Notes under the pieces: model-generated | The model's input: the letters and a program-made list of their open reading frames with translations, nothing else | Databases searched by the model: none | Told to the model about the DNA's origin: nothing | Assembly (NCBI RefSeq): GCF_964355755.1 | Contig: NC_092678.1 | Coordinates: 25,561,365 to 25,625,364, forward strand | Reading direction: 5' to 3' | Origin: Antedon mediterranea | Lineage: Eukaryota > Animalia > Echinodermata | Length of the DNA: 64,000 nt | Shown: in pieces, positions 11,301-23,300 of the stretch | How positions within the stretch are numbered: position 1 is the stretch's first letter | Layout of the letters: every line of letters starts with the position of its first letter | Position numbers and translations under genes: made by a program

Positions 11301-14300
11301 CCCTCACAAGAATACAAAATGACAAGACAATTCTGTGAAATGTTTGAGTTGTTGAGTGAAAGTATGTAATTGTGACAGAAACCCTGGATACAATTAAAAG
11401 CATCCTAATGAGGCCTGATTAGAAAGTTTACAACCAAAAGTACACAAAAGTACTCTGGCCATTCTTACTTCCTTAATTGCTAATCCAGGTCCCATTATTA
11501 ACATTTTAATGAGATACAAAAGTCACAAACTCCAAAAAAATAATCATTAAATAGTGGGGAAACAGAATCAACAAGAAATCAAAACAAAAATGTGTACTAT
11601 TTAAAAATTTATTTTCTTGAAGGTAATGGTAAAAACGGGACCCTGGGGATTGCGCGATTTCGGGGGGGGGGGGGGGAAGGGTCATAATTATGTGCGCTAG
11701 GTTGCCGCGTAAAGTAAATTCAAAACATTTAATGGTTAAACCATATACTAAAAACAGACAGAACGTTTGCCAAAAAATAAATCATCTCCATGGGGTAGTA
11801 AGTAAGTACGTAAACCGGAGTTGGGATCATCCCGGAAACTTTTTAGTTTGTTTTAACTTCCGCCTCTTTTTACACCCCCTGCTGGTCCTCTCAACTTTAC
11901 CTTAAAACGAATATTGGTACCCTACCTTTAGCTTGTTCATTTTCAAATACAGAGAGCAAACTTTTGATCTTCAAACTGGCCATTTGTTTCCTTAAATGAA
12001 AAGCCCTCACGTACTCATCATCGTCAAAAACATATCGATGCACCTTTACAAATTTACGGTGCGGTACTTCCTTGGGACGCTCCATTAACTTCAACTTTTT
12101 TCTTTGTTGTTAACGTGTGTAGTCGCTTTTCCAGACTGAAACTAGTTTATGTTGTTGGTCTTTCAATTTTGTATTTATGTCATTTCCGCAAATTAAATCC
12201 CGGCGCAGACTTTTAAGAACTAAAAGTTTACTCACAATTTAACCGATTTTGGCCTACTTATTTATGGGAGGATAACACGTTGAAAACTGACTTTAAATTA
12301 ATTAATTTAAGTAAGGTTAATTATTTTTAGTTACCCGCGTTTGTTTTTGAGGAGGCTGGATTTTTAAAGTGCGTTTACTTTTGTTACGCATGGGTGGTTT
12401 TTGGTACCTGGGTAACCAGTGCCATGAGGTGATCGATGACCGGTGTTAGTAGATGACAACAAGTGGTTCAAAAAATATAAATAGAGATATTTAAAAACAA
12501 AAGTTTCGAAAAAAATGTCGATTATATTTAGATGCCCTCCAGAATTACTTCTTAGAGCAGCTACACGGTAAGTTTGCACAGTCCAGGCTTAACTAATGAC
12601 TTAGCCACGGACTTAGCCCGTCGTGTTGCAACATGGCCTGTCAGTGTCGTGCCTATCAACGCCGACTTAGCCGGGGTTGTGGTGTACAGTACTCAAGCAA
12701 TGTGTTAGGCCTACACAAAATAGATTAAGCTGGAATTGTATAACATGAGTATATTCGCCCGTATAAGCCTCATACAATTACTACATCATCAAAAGTGCAT
12801 GTTTAGTTTGATTATTGTTGTTTGATTGTTTTTTATCAAACTTTAATTTTAAAAGGATTTAATTAATGCCGTGGTTAGGATTCCGGCACCGGAACTCAAC
12901 TGCCCAGCGTTAGGGAATCCGACACGCTATTGCGCATGCCCAGAGCGAGGTAATCGGCGACTCTATATACTTATCAACAGCGATGGATCATTTCATAGCT
13001 GCGCCACACGGCGAACTAGCCTAGATGCCTACTAATACGGGCTGCCAGTTAGACGTGACCAATGGCCTTATTTATTTTGTAATTAAAAAGTGGTTGCTTC
13101 ATTCATGTATAAACTTCATATCATTATGAATTATATAATTACTGTACATGACTAGTTTTATGATTTTTCATAACGCATTATACTGTACATAACAACATGC
13201 AATCACAAGTTGATTTGTTGACGGCAGCCACCGCGTGGATGTGAAAAAACTGTTCGGGAAGTCAGGGTCGCAACGCTAAAAACAGCATTACGATTCTTAG
13301 ATAGATACTGATACTTATTAATATCATTATAATTATTTTAACGCGTGGCGTAGTCGTATTTTAATTATTAATTCATGTATGGCATAGGCCAAGTTTCATC
13401 CATCGCTCTCTCGCTCGCGCAACGACTATATCTAGGCTACAGTAAATCCCTATAACACTCCGACTCTCGGTGGTGTGGTGTGTGTGGCACTATTAGTGCA
13501 AGCTATAATTCACTTCCCAGAGCTCTGGGCATTTGAGTTCCGGTGCCGGAATCCTAACCACGGCGTTTAATTAATAATTTGATTCAAGTTCAAGTTTATA
13601 AAATGAGTAATCCAAGTTTTTGGGAATTTATTAATTATTTGGGAATGGCGTGATTGTACCTGCCAATGGGTTGTGTAAATAAACATAGTTGGAAATACAT
13701 TAAATACAACATATTTAGTGGCACCAGTGCTGGTACTACTAGTTTTTAATATGTCATTTTGTAAACACCTGTAAATGTGTAACTTTCTTAAAGAAAGTAA
13801 AATATTTCTAATCAAACAATCAATCAATTAATCTTTACTTAAACAGAAAGAGAGAACGATTCTAAATGGGCCAACGACATTGACAAATGTAGTATATTAT
13901 TCAATGCCTCCACTAGAGGGGGTGCTATACACTTATTAGTTTGCAACATTAATATAAATTAATACAGCCTTGATTTCCTATTTATAGTTTAATAATTTCA
14001 TGAATTCAGGAAGGGAATGAGATTGACATCATTGACGTCTGCCTTGGGATTGGCTACTAAAATAAAACAGCAAATTTGCAGAATTGGAACTAAACTATTA
14101 AATAAAAGTCTTAATTAATCATGTTACAATATTTTACTTTTTGTAAAGATATTTTTGTTGGAAGGTTTTATTGCTGTAGAAGGTGTTATTTTAAATTCCC
14201 AGGGCCTGATTTGACCTCTATGGTCAAATAAAATATTGTTGCAACTAACATTGTTTTGATAAATAATAATTACACTTTTGTTTTTCCTGACCTGATTTTA

Positions 14301-17300
14301 TTGTCTTTTTTTTGGTCAAATAAATAAATTATTAAAAGGAATTACATTCTAAAACTTCCTTCTTGTATATATATAACTTAATAATATTTTTTTTTTATGT
14401 TTATAACAAAATTGAATGCTTTTCGTCACTGTTTGTGAAATAAAATGATAAACTAGAAAGCCACTCCGAGAGTGCATACCTCCGCCTACTGTAAAATTCT
14501 CCTATATAAGATTTCTCCGGTAAAAAAAATATATATATTAATTGGTGTGTGTCTTAATGCTGTTTGTGATTTAGGCTAATTTCATTACAAGCATGTGTAT
14601 GCGAGTTTGGTGTAATGGTTATGTAACAAGCCTTTCAGTTAACAATAGCTTCAGTTGACTAACAATAGAACAGCAACGCGAAAATCAAATGAGTGAATTT
14701 GAAAAGAAATAGGTTTTTTAAACTACTCGCATCAAAAAACGTGCACATTAAATCAAATTATGTTTTAAAATTAAAAATCACAAATTATAACTCTTGAATT
14801 GCCTCTTGTTAAAAAATGAAGTTTTTTGGACAAGTAGTTCTCGAGAAAATGCAATTTTAGTTTACTGTGGTCCCAAATGGTCCCAAAATTTAATGGAATG
14901 GTCCTTGACCACATATCTATCTGTCTATTCATTTTGGTAAAGATCTTGTAATTACATTTTGAGTAATCCTGCTAACAAACAAACAAACAAACACACGCTA
15001 CCGATTACATATACCTCCTTGGCGGAGGTAAAATATCAATATTTTAATTTATATTTTGGTGTTTTCATGTATCAAATCTTTTTACGCAACATCTTATTTT
15101 TATAAAAAAATTGCTTTTCGTCTTATTTCGTTTATTTAAAATGATAAAATATTAATATTTTAATTTATATAATTTGAAGTTTTTTTCGTGTATCGAATCT
15201 TTTTACGCACCATAAATTTCATAATTAATTTATTTATAACAAAATTGAAGGCTTTGTGTCTCTTTTTGTGTAAAAAATGATAAGATTATCACTATTTTGC
15301 TATAATCATTGATAAGCCTACAAAACTGGTGCATATGTCTGTGTACATAAAATCCTATAATCATTGATAGGCCTACAAACTGGTGCATATGTCTGTGTAC
15401 ATAAAATCCTATAATCTTGAGCTTTACAGAAGCATGCCGAAAACATTTGATGTGAAACTGTAGTTTAGTCACATGATTTGAGTAAAGCCATGAAAATGTC
15501 AATTAGTGTTCTAGATTATGTAAACAAATGTGTTGTTGAATGTTCCCATAATGTCATGTCCGTCCTGAGTGATGTGGAGGGTTGCAACTTAATTAATGAA
15601 CTGATCATCAATAAAACAACGAGAATCTTAAGATAGTTTGCCAGAAAGTTCTTGGAACTTTTATACCCAATTTAGAGAAATTAAAATAAACAAAATAAAC
15701 GGATTTTGGCTGCCACCTTGGATTTGGGGTAAAAATCAGGGTGGCCCCAAGCTTATTTTGAAGAGTATAGTATTAGGATAACTGTCTAGGTAGATAGCTC
15801 GGCCGTGATTTCTTGACAACAGTTAAATGCTTGACTTGCGCTTGGATTTCAAGAGAAGTTGATGAGATGCTCAGTTACATAGCAACCGTATGACCACAAC
15901 CCTGGTCCAGGGATCTCTGAACATTATGAATTAAAACAGTTAGTAATGTTTATTACATAGAATAAACATTATGGTAATATTACACTATACAATTATTGCT
16001 AATGTAAATAATGTACCATTATGTAATTTCAGTCCAAAAATAAATTGAATATTGTAATTATCCCATCATGGACGCCCTAGATATTATAATTTGTTTCTAC
16101 TACAGTGTACTAGCTAGTATAGTCATTCTCTCCAATAACTGATCTTTTTGGGCCCAAAATTATTATTACATTTCCGTCATTTTGTTTCACAGGATATTTT
16201 CTCTTGAATACAGGTGTCCCAATTGAAGGGGTTTTACTATAAAGACAAATACAAATTTAATGCGCACAATAGAATATTCAAATAAATTAAAATTTCTAAT
16301 GAAAATTGTATATGGTGTTTATTGATCATGCCAGGACGGTCTTAAAACAAACACATTTCCTGATGCTTAAGACATTTTAAGCAGGGAGTTTACAACTCCC
16401 TGCTTTAAGTCTGTACTTTGTTGAAATCATGATACCTGTACCCTTACCTGTAGTAAGATCATAACAAAAGATTGGTCTAAAATGTTTATCCATCTTAGTA
16501 CGCCAGAATATATTTAAGCAATTTAAAAAGTCCAGTTAATTGTGGCCACCAGGTAGAAACTGAGTGTAAACTTAGTTTGTAATTTCACACACCGTAGTCC
16601 TTGTTATGAAAGTGAAATTATAAGAAACGCTTCCCTTGTTTCATTTAAGTTCCATCTTCAATTGTTTTAATATGTTATCAATATTCCATCGTTTTTCAGT
16701 AATTTAGAAAGTAATATAATTGGGTGCTGATCCCTTGACCACAAGGGAAGATTCAAATCAACATCTTTTAGGACAGGGGCACTTTACGTTAGTATCCCAT
16801 TAAGGAGTATAAGTGGACAATAATAATCAATTAAAAACACAGGTTTTAAAGCTAATTTACGTCAAGTAGCAGCGTTTTGCAAGTGGCAATCTGCTTTTTG
16901 TCAAATCGACCAATTTACTTGCCGTTTAGAAAAGAGTGACAATTGAAATTGTCACTTTAGCTTAAAAGTGACAAATGACAAAGACACTTAGATGGTATCA
17001 GTAAGATTCACCATAGAAATACTCTCTAGATGTTGTTAGCATTTTGTAATCTTGAATGCAAATATCTGTTTTACTATCATACTGTACAGTAGGTGCTTTA
17101 CTCTTAGATAACAAACTAAGTTTATTCTTCTAGAATTATAGAAAAATAGAACGCACCCAATAAATAAACAAAACATTAGATTGTCACTTAGTTATGAATG
17201 ACAGCACAATAAGCAGACAGGTGTGAAATAATATAAGTAAACTCTCCCAGCACCGGGCTAACCAAATATTATTTTCCGGAAAGTCTGGTATTCGGAATCT

Positions 17301-20300
17301 TTTTTAAACGATAAAAATGAATTTCGGACCCTTTAAACCTTGAGAAAAGTCCGGTATTTAGAGTGTTTCTGGTTGTCAGAGAGTCTGGTATTGGGAAAGT
17401 CGACTCTATTCACAAAACATTTAGCTGTACAATAACGTTCTTATTCAGTTGGCGTGTGACTCTTATGGGCTGTTTTTACCTTTATGTACGTCCTATTGTT
17501 ATTACTTTCACATAGAAATTTTTTTTGTCTTAAACTCAAACATTACTTACCACAAAGTAAATCCCTGACCACATCTGTGTACAAATGATATGTTGAACTA
17601 AACATTTTTATGGTCTAATTCTTTCAAATCTACGATGCAAAATAATATATTATCACAAATATTATGTCGACTGCCAGGTAAAGTATATCCTTATCGCATG
17701 TTATTGCAACTTACAACAAGGACTCTTAGATTTTATTGATTCATATCAATTTCAATTTTGATGATCATGCGAATAAAGATTTTGTAATTTGACCCAATAT
17801 TTCTTGTTGTCATTGTTTGAAATTTACTTTTTATAGTTTAGAGGGTTTTAATATTAAATATCAACGTAAAAAAGTAGTCACATTATTAAAGAAAGACTCT
17901 GAGCTTTCAATTTGTGACATCATCATAGGGATATTTTGATTTGAAATGACCGATACCAACCTAGGTCAGGTAAATCGATGTGTTGTTGGTCTTCATCTGG
18001 ACCTAAAAACCATCAAACCTTGTGTTTTATTGTTCTCAATATTTTATCTCTTTCTTTTTTGATTTATTTTGTGTATTGTTTAATATTTTTTTTTAATGTA
18101 TTATGCATATGTATTGTTAGGTCCCTCATGAGACAAGCTTTTGCTTCTAGTTGTTATAACTGAATAAATGTGTATGAAAGGAGTGAGGACACCCGTCCCA
18201 ATATTTCCGCACAATGATGTAGTTTAGTCATCAGTTGTAGCAAATCACCAGCTCCCTATTGTGCGCATATTGGAATGTGCTTAATTCCTCAATTTATCAA
18301 CACTGGTTTTTTGTGAATTGTATCTCTATTATAAATAATTGATTTTCGTGTGATTCTTTGCACTCCGTGATCATAGATCCTAATCAAGTTATATGTAAGG
18401 TCATTGCATCAAATGTTGCAACTAAACTAGGTTAACAAACATTGATTTTTGCTCTAGGTCAATTAAATACTGTAAGATGCATATAATATTTCATAAATTG
18501 TTTCTTTTTATAAAGTCTAGTCTGTTTTTTAAACTTAGATGTTATTAACGTAGACTTGTATACGCTACTCCGTAAGACGGTAACACAGACTCTTAGCCAG
18601 ATAGGAATTTAGTTTTTGTGTTGCCTGCCACCTACTTTGTAGTTGTTTTTTGTTGTTTATGATGTTTTTGTGCAATAAAGAATAAGATACAGGGGAAAAT
18701 TCCGCAAATGCTGTGGAAGGCCTTTCTCAGTGACAATTTCTCTTTGCATTCATACTAGTAGTAAACATATTAATATTTTCAAAGCAGGTTATCTGTGTAC
18801 GCAGCAGCAGACACAAAATGAAGGGAAATTGGATTGAATTACATAACGGTTATTTTGAGAATATGCGTTATTAATAGTAGTTAAAATTGAAGTGTAAAGG
18901 AATTGAATTGCAAATATGTAATAATTAATTACTGTACATAGGATAAGATACATACAATTAAATATGATATATCCTCGTGAGGTGGTTTCCCGAATGATCG
19001 TAAAATCAAAACGGTACTGGGTATGACCAACTAGCGTTATTGTCACCGGCTAGTCATCCATTCATAGAAGTACTAATGTAGTAGCCTACCTGTACGGTGA
19101 CCATAGAATGTGACCCGAGGCATGACTAACTACGACTTTTAGATGATAGAAAGTTGAGAAAAATGTTACGATTAGTTGTACGACATGAAGATGTTTATGA
19201 AATTATGTCAATAATGTTTACACACTAGGCATACAAATAGTAATTTTTGTTAGTAAAAATAATTTTGAGTTAATAAGAATAAGATATAAGGAAGAAAAGT
19301 AAAGAGACTATGGAGCGGCTATTCCTGAATATACAATACTAAGTATCGTAGATTTAAATTATAAATTAGTACAAAGAATAAGATACATACAATGAAATAT
19401 GATATATCCTATCAAACTACACACTTCTGGAAACAGGAGGTGAAAATATTTATATACGAAACAGATTTGTAGCGATTAAAACAATGAAGTAACCAAGTTG
19501 TCTGCTGTTATTTTATTTTATTTATGCTCTACCTTGGTATTGAGCACTCTATCCTAATGGTATGATACTTTCAACTTGAATATATATTTATTTACTATAT
19601 GTAATTTTAATCAATTGAAATCTCTATTGTTGTAATTGTAGGCCTAATGTGTGCTTTGATCAATGTGGAAAGCGCTATATAAGCAATTATTATTAGTATT
19701 TATAAAAAATAAATAAAAACCAAAATAAAAAAAATCCTGTACATTAACCTCTGTATTGATACTAAAACCTCTCAACAAAACAGAAAAAAATTAAGACTTA
19801 CTCCGGCCAATTCCAGATTTTTGTAATTAATGTAACTTTTAAAATCCACTAAATCTGAACTGAATAATAGAGAAATCTACACGGCTTGATTCTTAACAAA
19901 AAAATAGAAATTGCTAAGACAAAGACTTAGGTTAAGTCCGTCGTCGTGTAGTTCTTAACTCACCTTTGTGCTCAGAAGACGTCCTATGCAGTAATAGTTT
20001 ACATTGATACCACATTGTTTCGTAATCAAAACAAATCTCCTAAATTAGTGTAATCATGCATATATTATACGTCAAATCGGTACGTCAAACGTCCCTCCTC
20101 TTCCTACTCCTTTCCTACTAAGTCTATAAAATGTGTATCTGTTCACGCTTGAGTGAACACAGATACACACAAGACTGGATTTTATTATGATAAATACGTT
20201 TCGTTAGACAGAGACTAATGAATTATAAATTATGCGTTAGAATTGCACGCACTGTTCATTTGTGAACTTGTCTTAATGTTAGCACCTGCTTAGTTTGAGC

Positions 20301-23300
20301 AAAGTGCTATTGTTTATAGTAAAGTCAATTGTTAATCATATGTTTACATTATTAACATAAGAAAGAATAAGAAAGCATGAGTATCGTAAACCAAATCTTT
20401 GCCTATTGTTTCATGAGAATAAAGAATTATCTTATCTTAACCTCTGTCTACACTAGTTTTGATGTGCCCAAATATGGTAGTGATAGTCCCAAATATAGTA
20501 GTGATATTCCCAAATATAGTAGTGATATGCCCAAATATGGTAGTGATATGACATCATCATGTCAGTATGTGGGCACATCACATTTTTTTGTCACATAAAT
20601 TTGATAGTGTAGACAGCTTAAAATACTGTATCAGGGCCGTAGCCAGGATCTGTCAAGGGGGGGTTCGGACACTAAATATTTGGGTCAACCCCCCCCCCCC
20701 TGGGGGTGGGGCCTGATGCGAAGCGAATTTGTTAAATGACACCCCTAGATGGCCGGAAAAGACACTCTCGTGCAGCATGCTACCGATGAGCAAAAAGATC
20801 GTACTTTTTTCCTCCTTCTCAAACACGTCGATAATTTAAAGGACGATAACTATTTGTTGCCGTATGTTAGATGCGCATGCTCTGTGTGCGGAACCGCCGA
20901 TTGTTTGATCATTTAATCCGTATTTTGTTTTGCGTTCAAGTTCAATGCGAACGTACATCTAGGAGCAGCCCCGAAAAAAGCACACTGGTTGAAGGCAAAT
21001 GCTATTTGCTAGCTCTATCTATAATATTTATTTACAGCAATTTGTTGAGGAATATAAATATGTAAATAGGTGATATTGATACATTTTAGTACGTATCGGC
21101 TGGTGGTCTAGAAAAAAATAATCGGATGCCATAATGTGAACTACAGTACTTGATACCATAGATATTATACTGTAAAATATTAATATTCACTATAATTCTC
21201 TATGATACATTATACTTCATAGTCACACATAAATACTGATGTACGTCGGAAGGCTATATACTTTATGCATGCTGCCTGACTGCCAGTGATCTAAACAATT
21301 ATTATAGGTACGCAGTAGTTGTCTGGTGGTGTCCTTTGTACGAATCGTTCGTGCCCCAGTTTGCTATGAGACGCGTCAATATCATGTTACATGCAGGGAC
21401 CAAACATTTATTTTTCAGGTTAAAATCGCCAATTCATTTGCAGCTTTTAGAAATTTACAGACACGTATCGCTAGTTGACGCTCATACAGAGAGGAAGGTT
21501 CACGAACAAGTTTACAAATTTTTCAATTTACAAAAAACTTTTTGTACTGTGGGGCACGTATTTGGAGGATTTTTGGAGATGAGGGTGAGGTATTGGGCAT
21601 GTCGGGGATGGGGGTTCGCAGTCGGTTAAGGGGGGTTCGCTGTAAAGGGGGGTTCGCCCGAACCATAAAACCCCCCCTGGCTACGGGCCTGTGTATCCCA
21701 ACAATAAATGAACAATACCAAATTTATTGTTTCAATTTGTCAAGAAATTATTGTGAAGGTTTCTGAAATTTCTAATGTACATTTTCAGAATGCCCTTTAA
21801 AAATACAATTACTGCTTTTCAAAGATTACTACATAATCCCAATGCAATTGTGGAATTTTTTAGTTTGCATATTGAATGAAATTTCTTTATATATTTATTA
21901 CTGTACATCACATATTACGGTATAAAGATAGTCAAATTATTCATTTATTTGTATCAACTTTTTTTTAAATTCTTTTTTTTCATCCATTCTTTTTGCTATA
22001 TCATATTTAGCAATGTTTTTTTAATAATACTTATCATTTCATATTATAATACACAGTGTTTATATATGGTAATTTATGCAAATTAAGAAAAACTATCAAA
22101 TTCTAATTGGTTACTAATTACATCATCAACTATTCGGTAAGCAATTAGATTATAATCAAATTTAAAATGTATACATATTTTTTTGCTGTTGTGGATAAAA
22201 CAACAATCATATTTTTCTATATTTTTTGTTATAATCTCGGTGTTATTGTATCGTCCTAGTTGACAAGGGCTGGTCAAGCACATCACAAGATTATTACTTT
22301 TGCTTTTCCGCTACTCCCTTGTTATACTTATATGTTTTTGTTTGTTATGTAGAAAGATTGAAAATAAATAAATAAAATATATAATGAGGATTAAAGGTAA
22401 GCAATTCTACCATAGCCACAGTAGCCACATGTCATGTCCATTATAGAGGTTAATATCCCAACAAGGATTTCAACATTTTCCTTTGTTGGTCTATTTCCAG
22501 GTTACAGCTTGGTCAAGGTTATATATATCCTATATCTTTTCTCAATTTTTATATTTAAATTTTATTTTAAATATTTCTATATACTAAATATTTCCTATAC
22601 CTGTGTATGTCATTGCTGAATGGGTAATTGAGGGTGTTCAAATATAATTACTCCCTAGGATAGGATAAGGCCAATGTTGGTTATCCAGGTAAGCTGTAGC
22701 AGCAACCTGTGAGATTCCAATGATATTACATTTTTGATAGATCTTCTTTTATTAAACCATGATATCATCGCATTTTGGTTGCGGTGTAGTAGTTTTCGTT
22801 CCTATGTTAAATCTGTTATCGTGTCACATTTTTGTTACAATTTTGTGGGGAGCCTCTAGACTGTTATTTCTTTAAAACAATATTAATCCAATGCCTCATT
22901 GTTTTACACTTTGTCATTTATCATGTATTTGTCATGTATTTTGGGATAAATAAAATGATATGAATTTTGTTATTTTGCAATAAGTTGGCCAGGTATAGAA
23001 ATATGTACTATTAGAGGAAGTATATAATATAGTTTAGAGGCTTCAAAATGTTGAGGGGAAATTGTACAAACCTCAACAAGGGAAACACTATACAGCCAGA
23101 AAATAATAAGTAAATATTATATTATTTAAATCGTTCCAAAAGCTCCCATGTGAATACTGTGTGTTACCAGGGGGCTCCCATGTGTATACTGTGTGTTACC
23201 AGGGGGCTCCCATGTGTATAACTGTGTGTTACCAGGGGGCTCCCATGTGTATACTGTGTGTTACCAGGGGCGGATCCAGCATTATAGATTAGGGGGGCTA

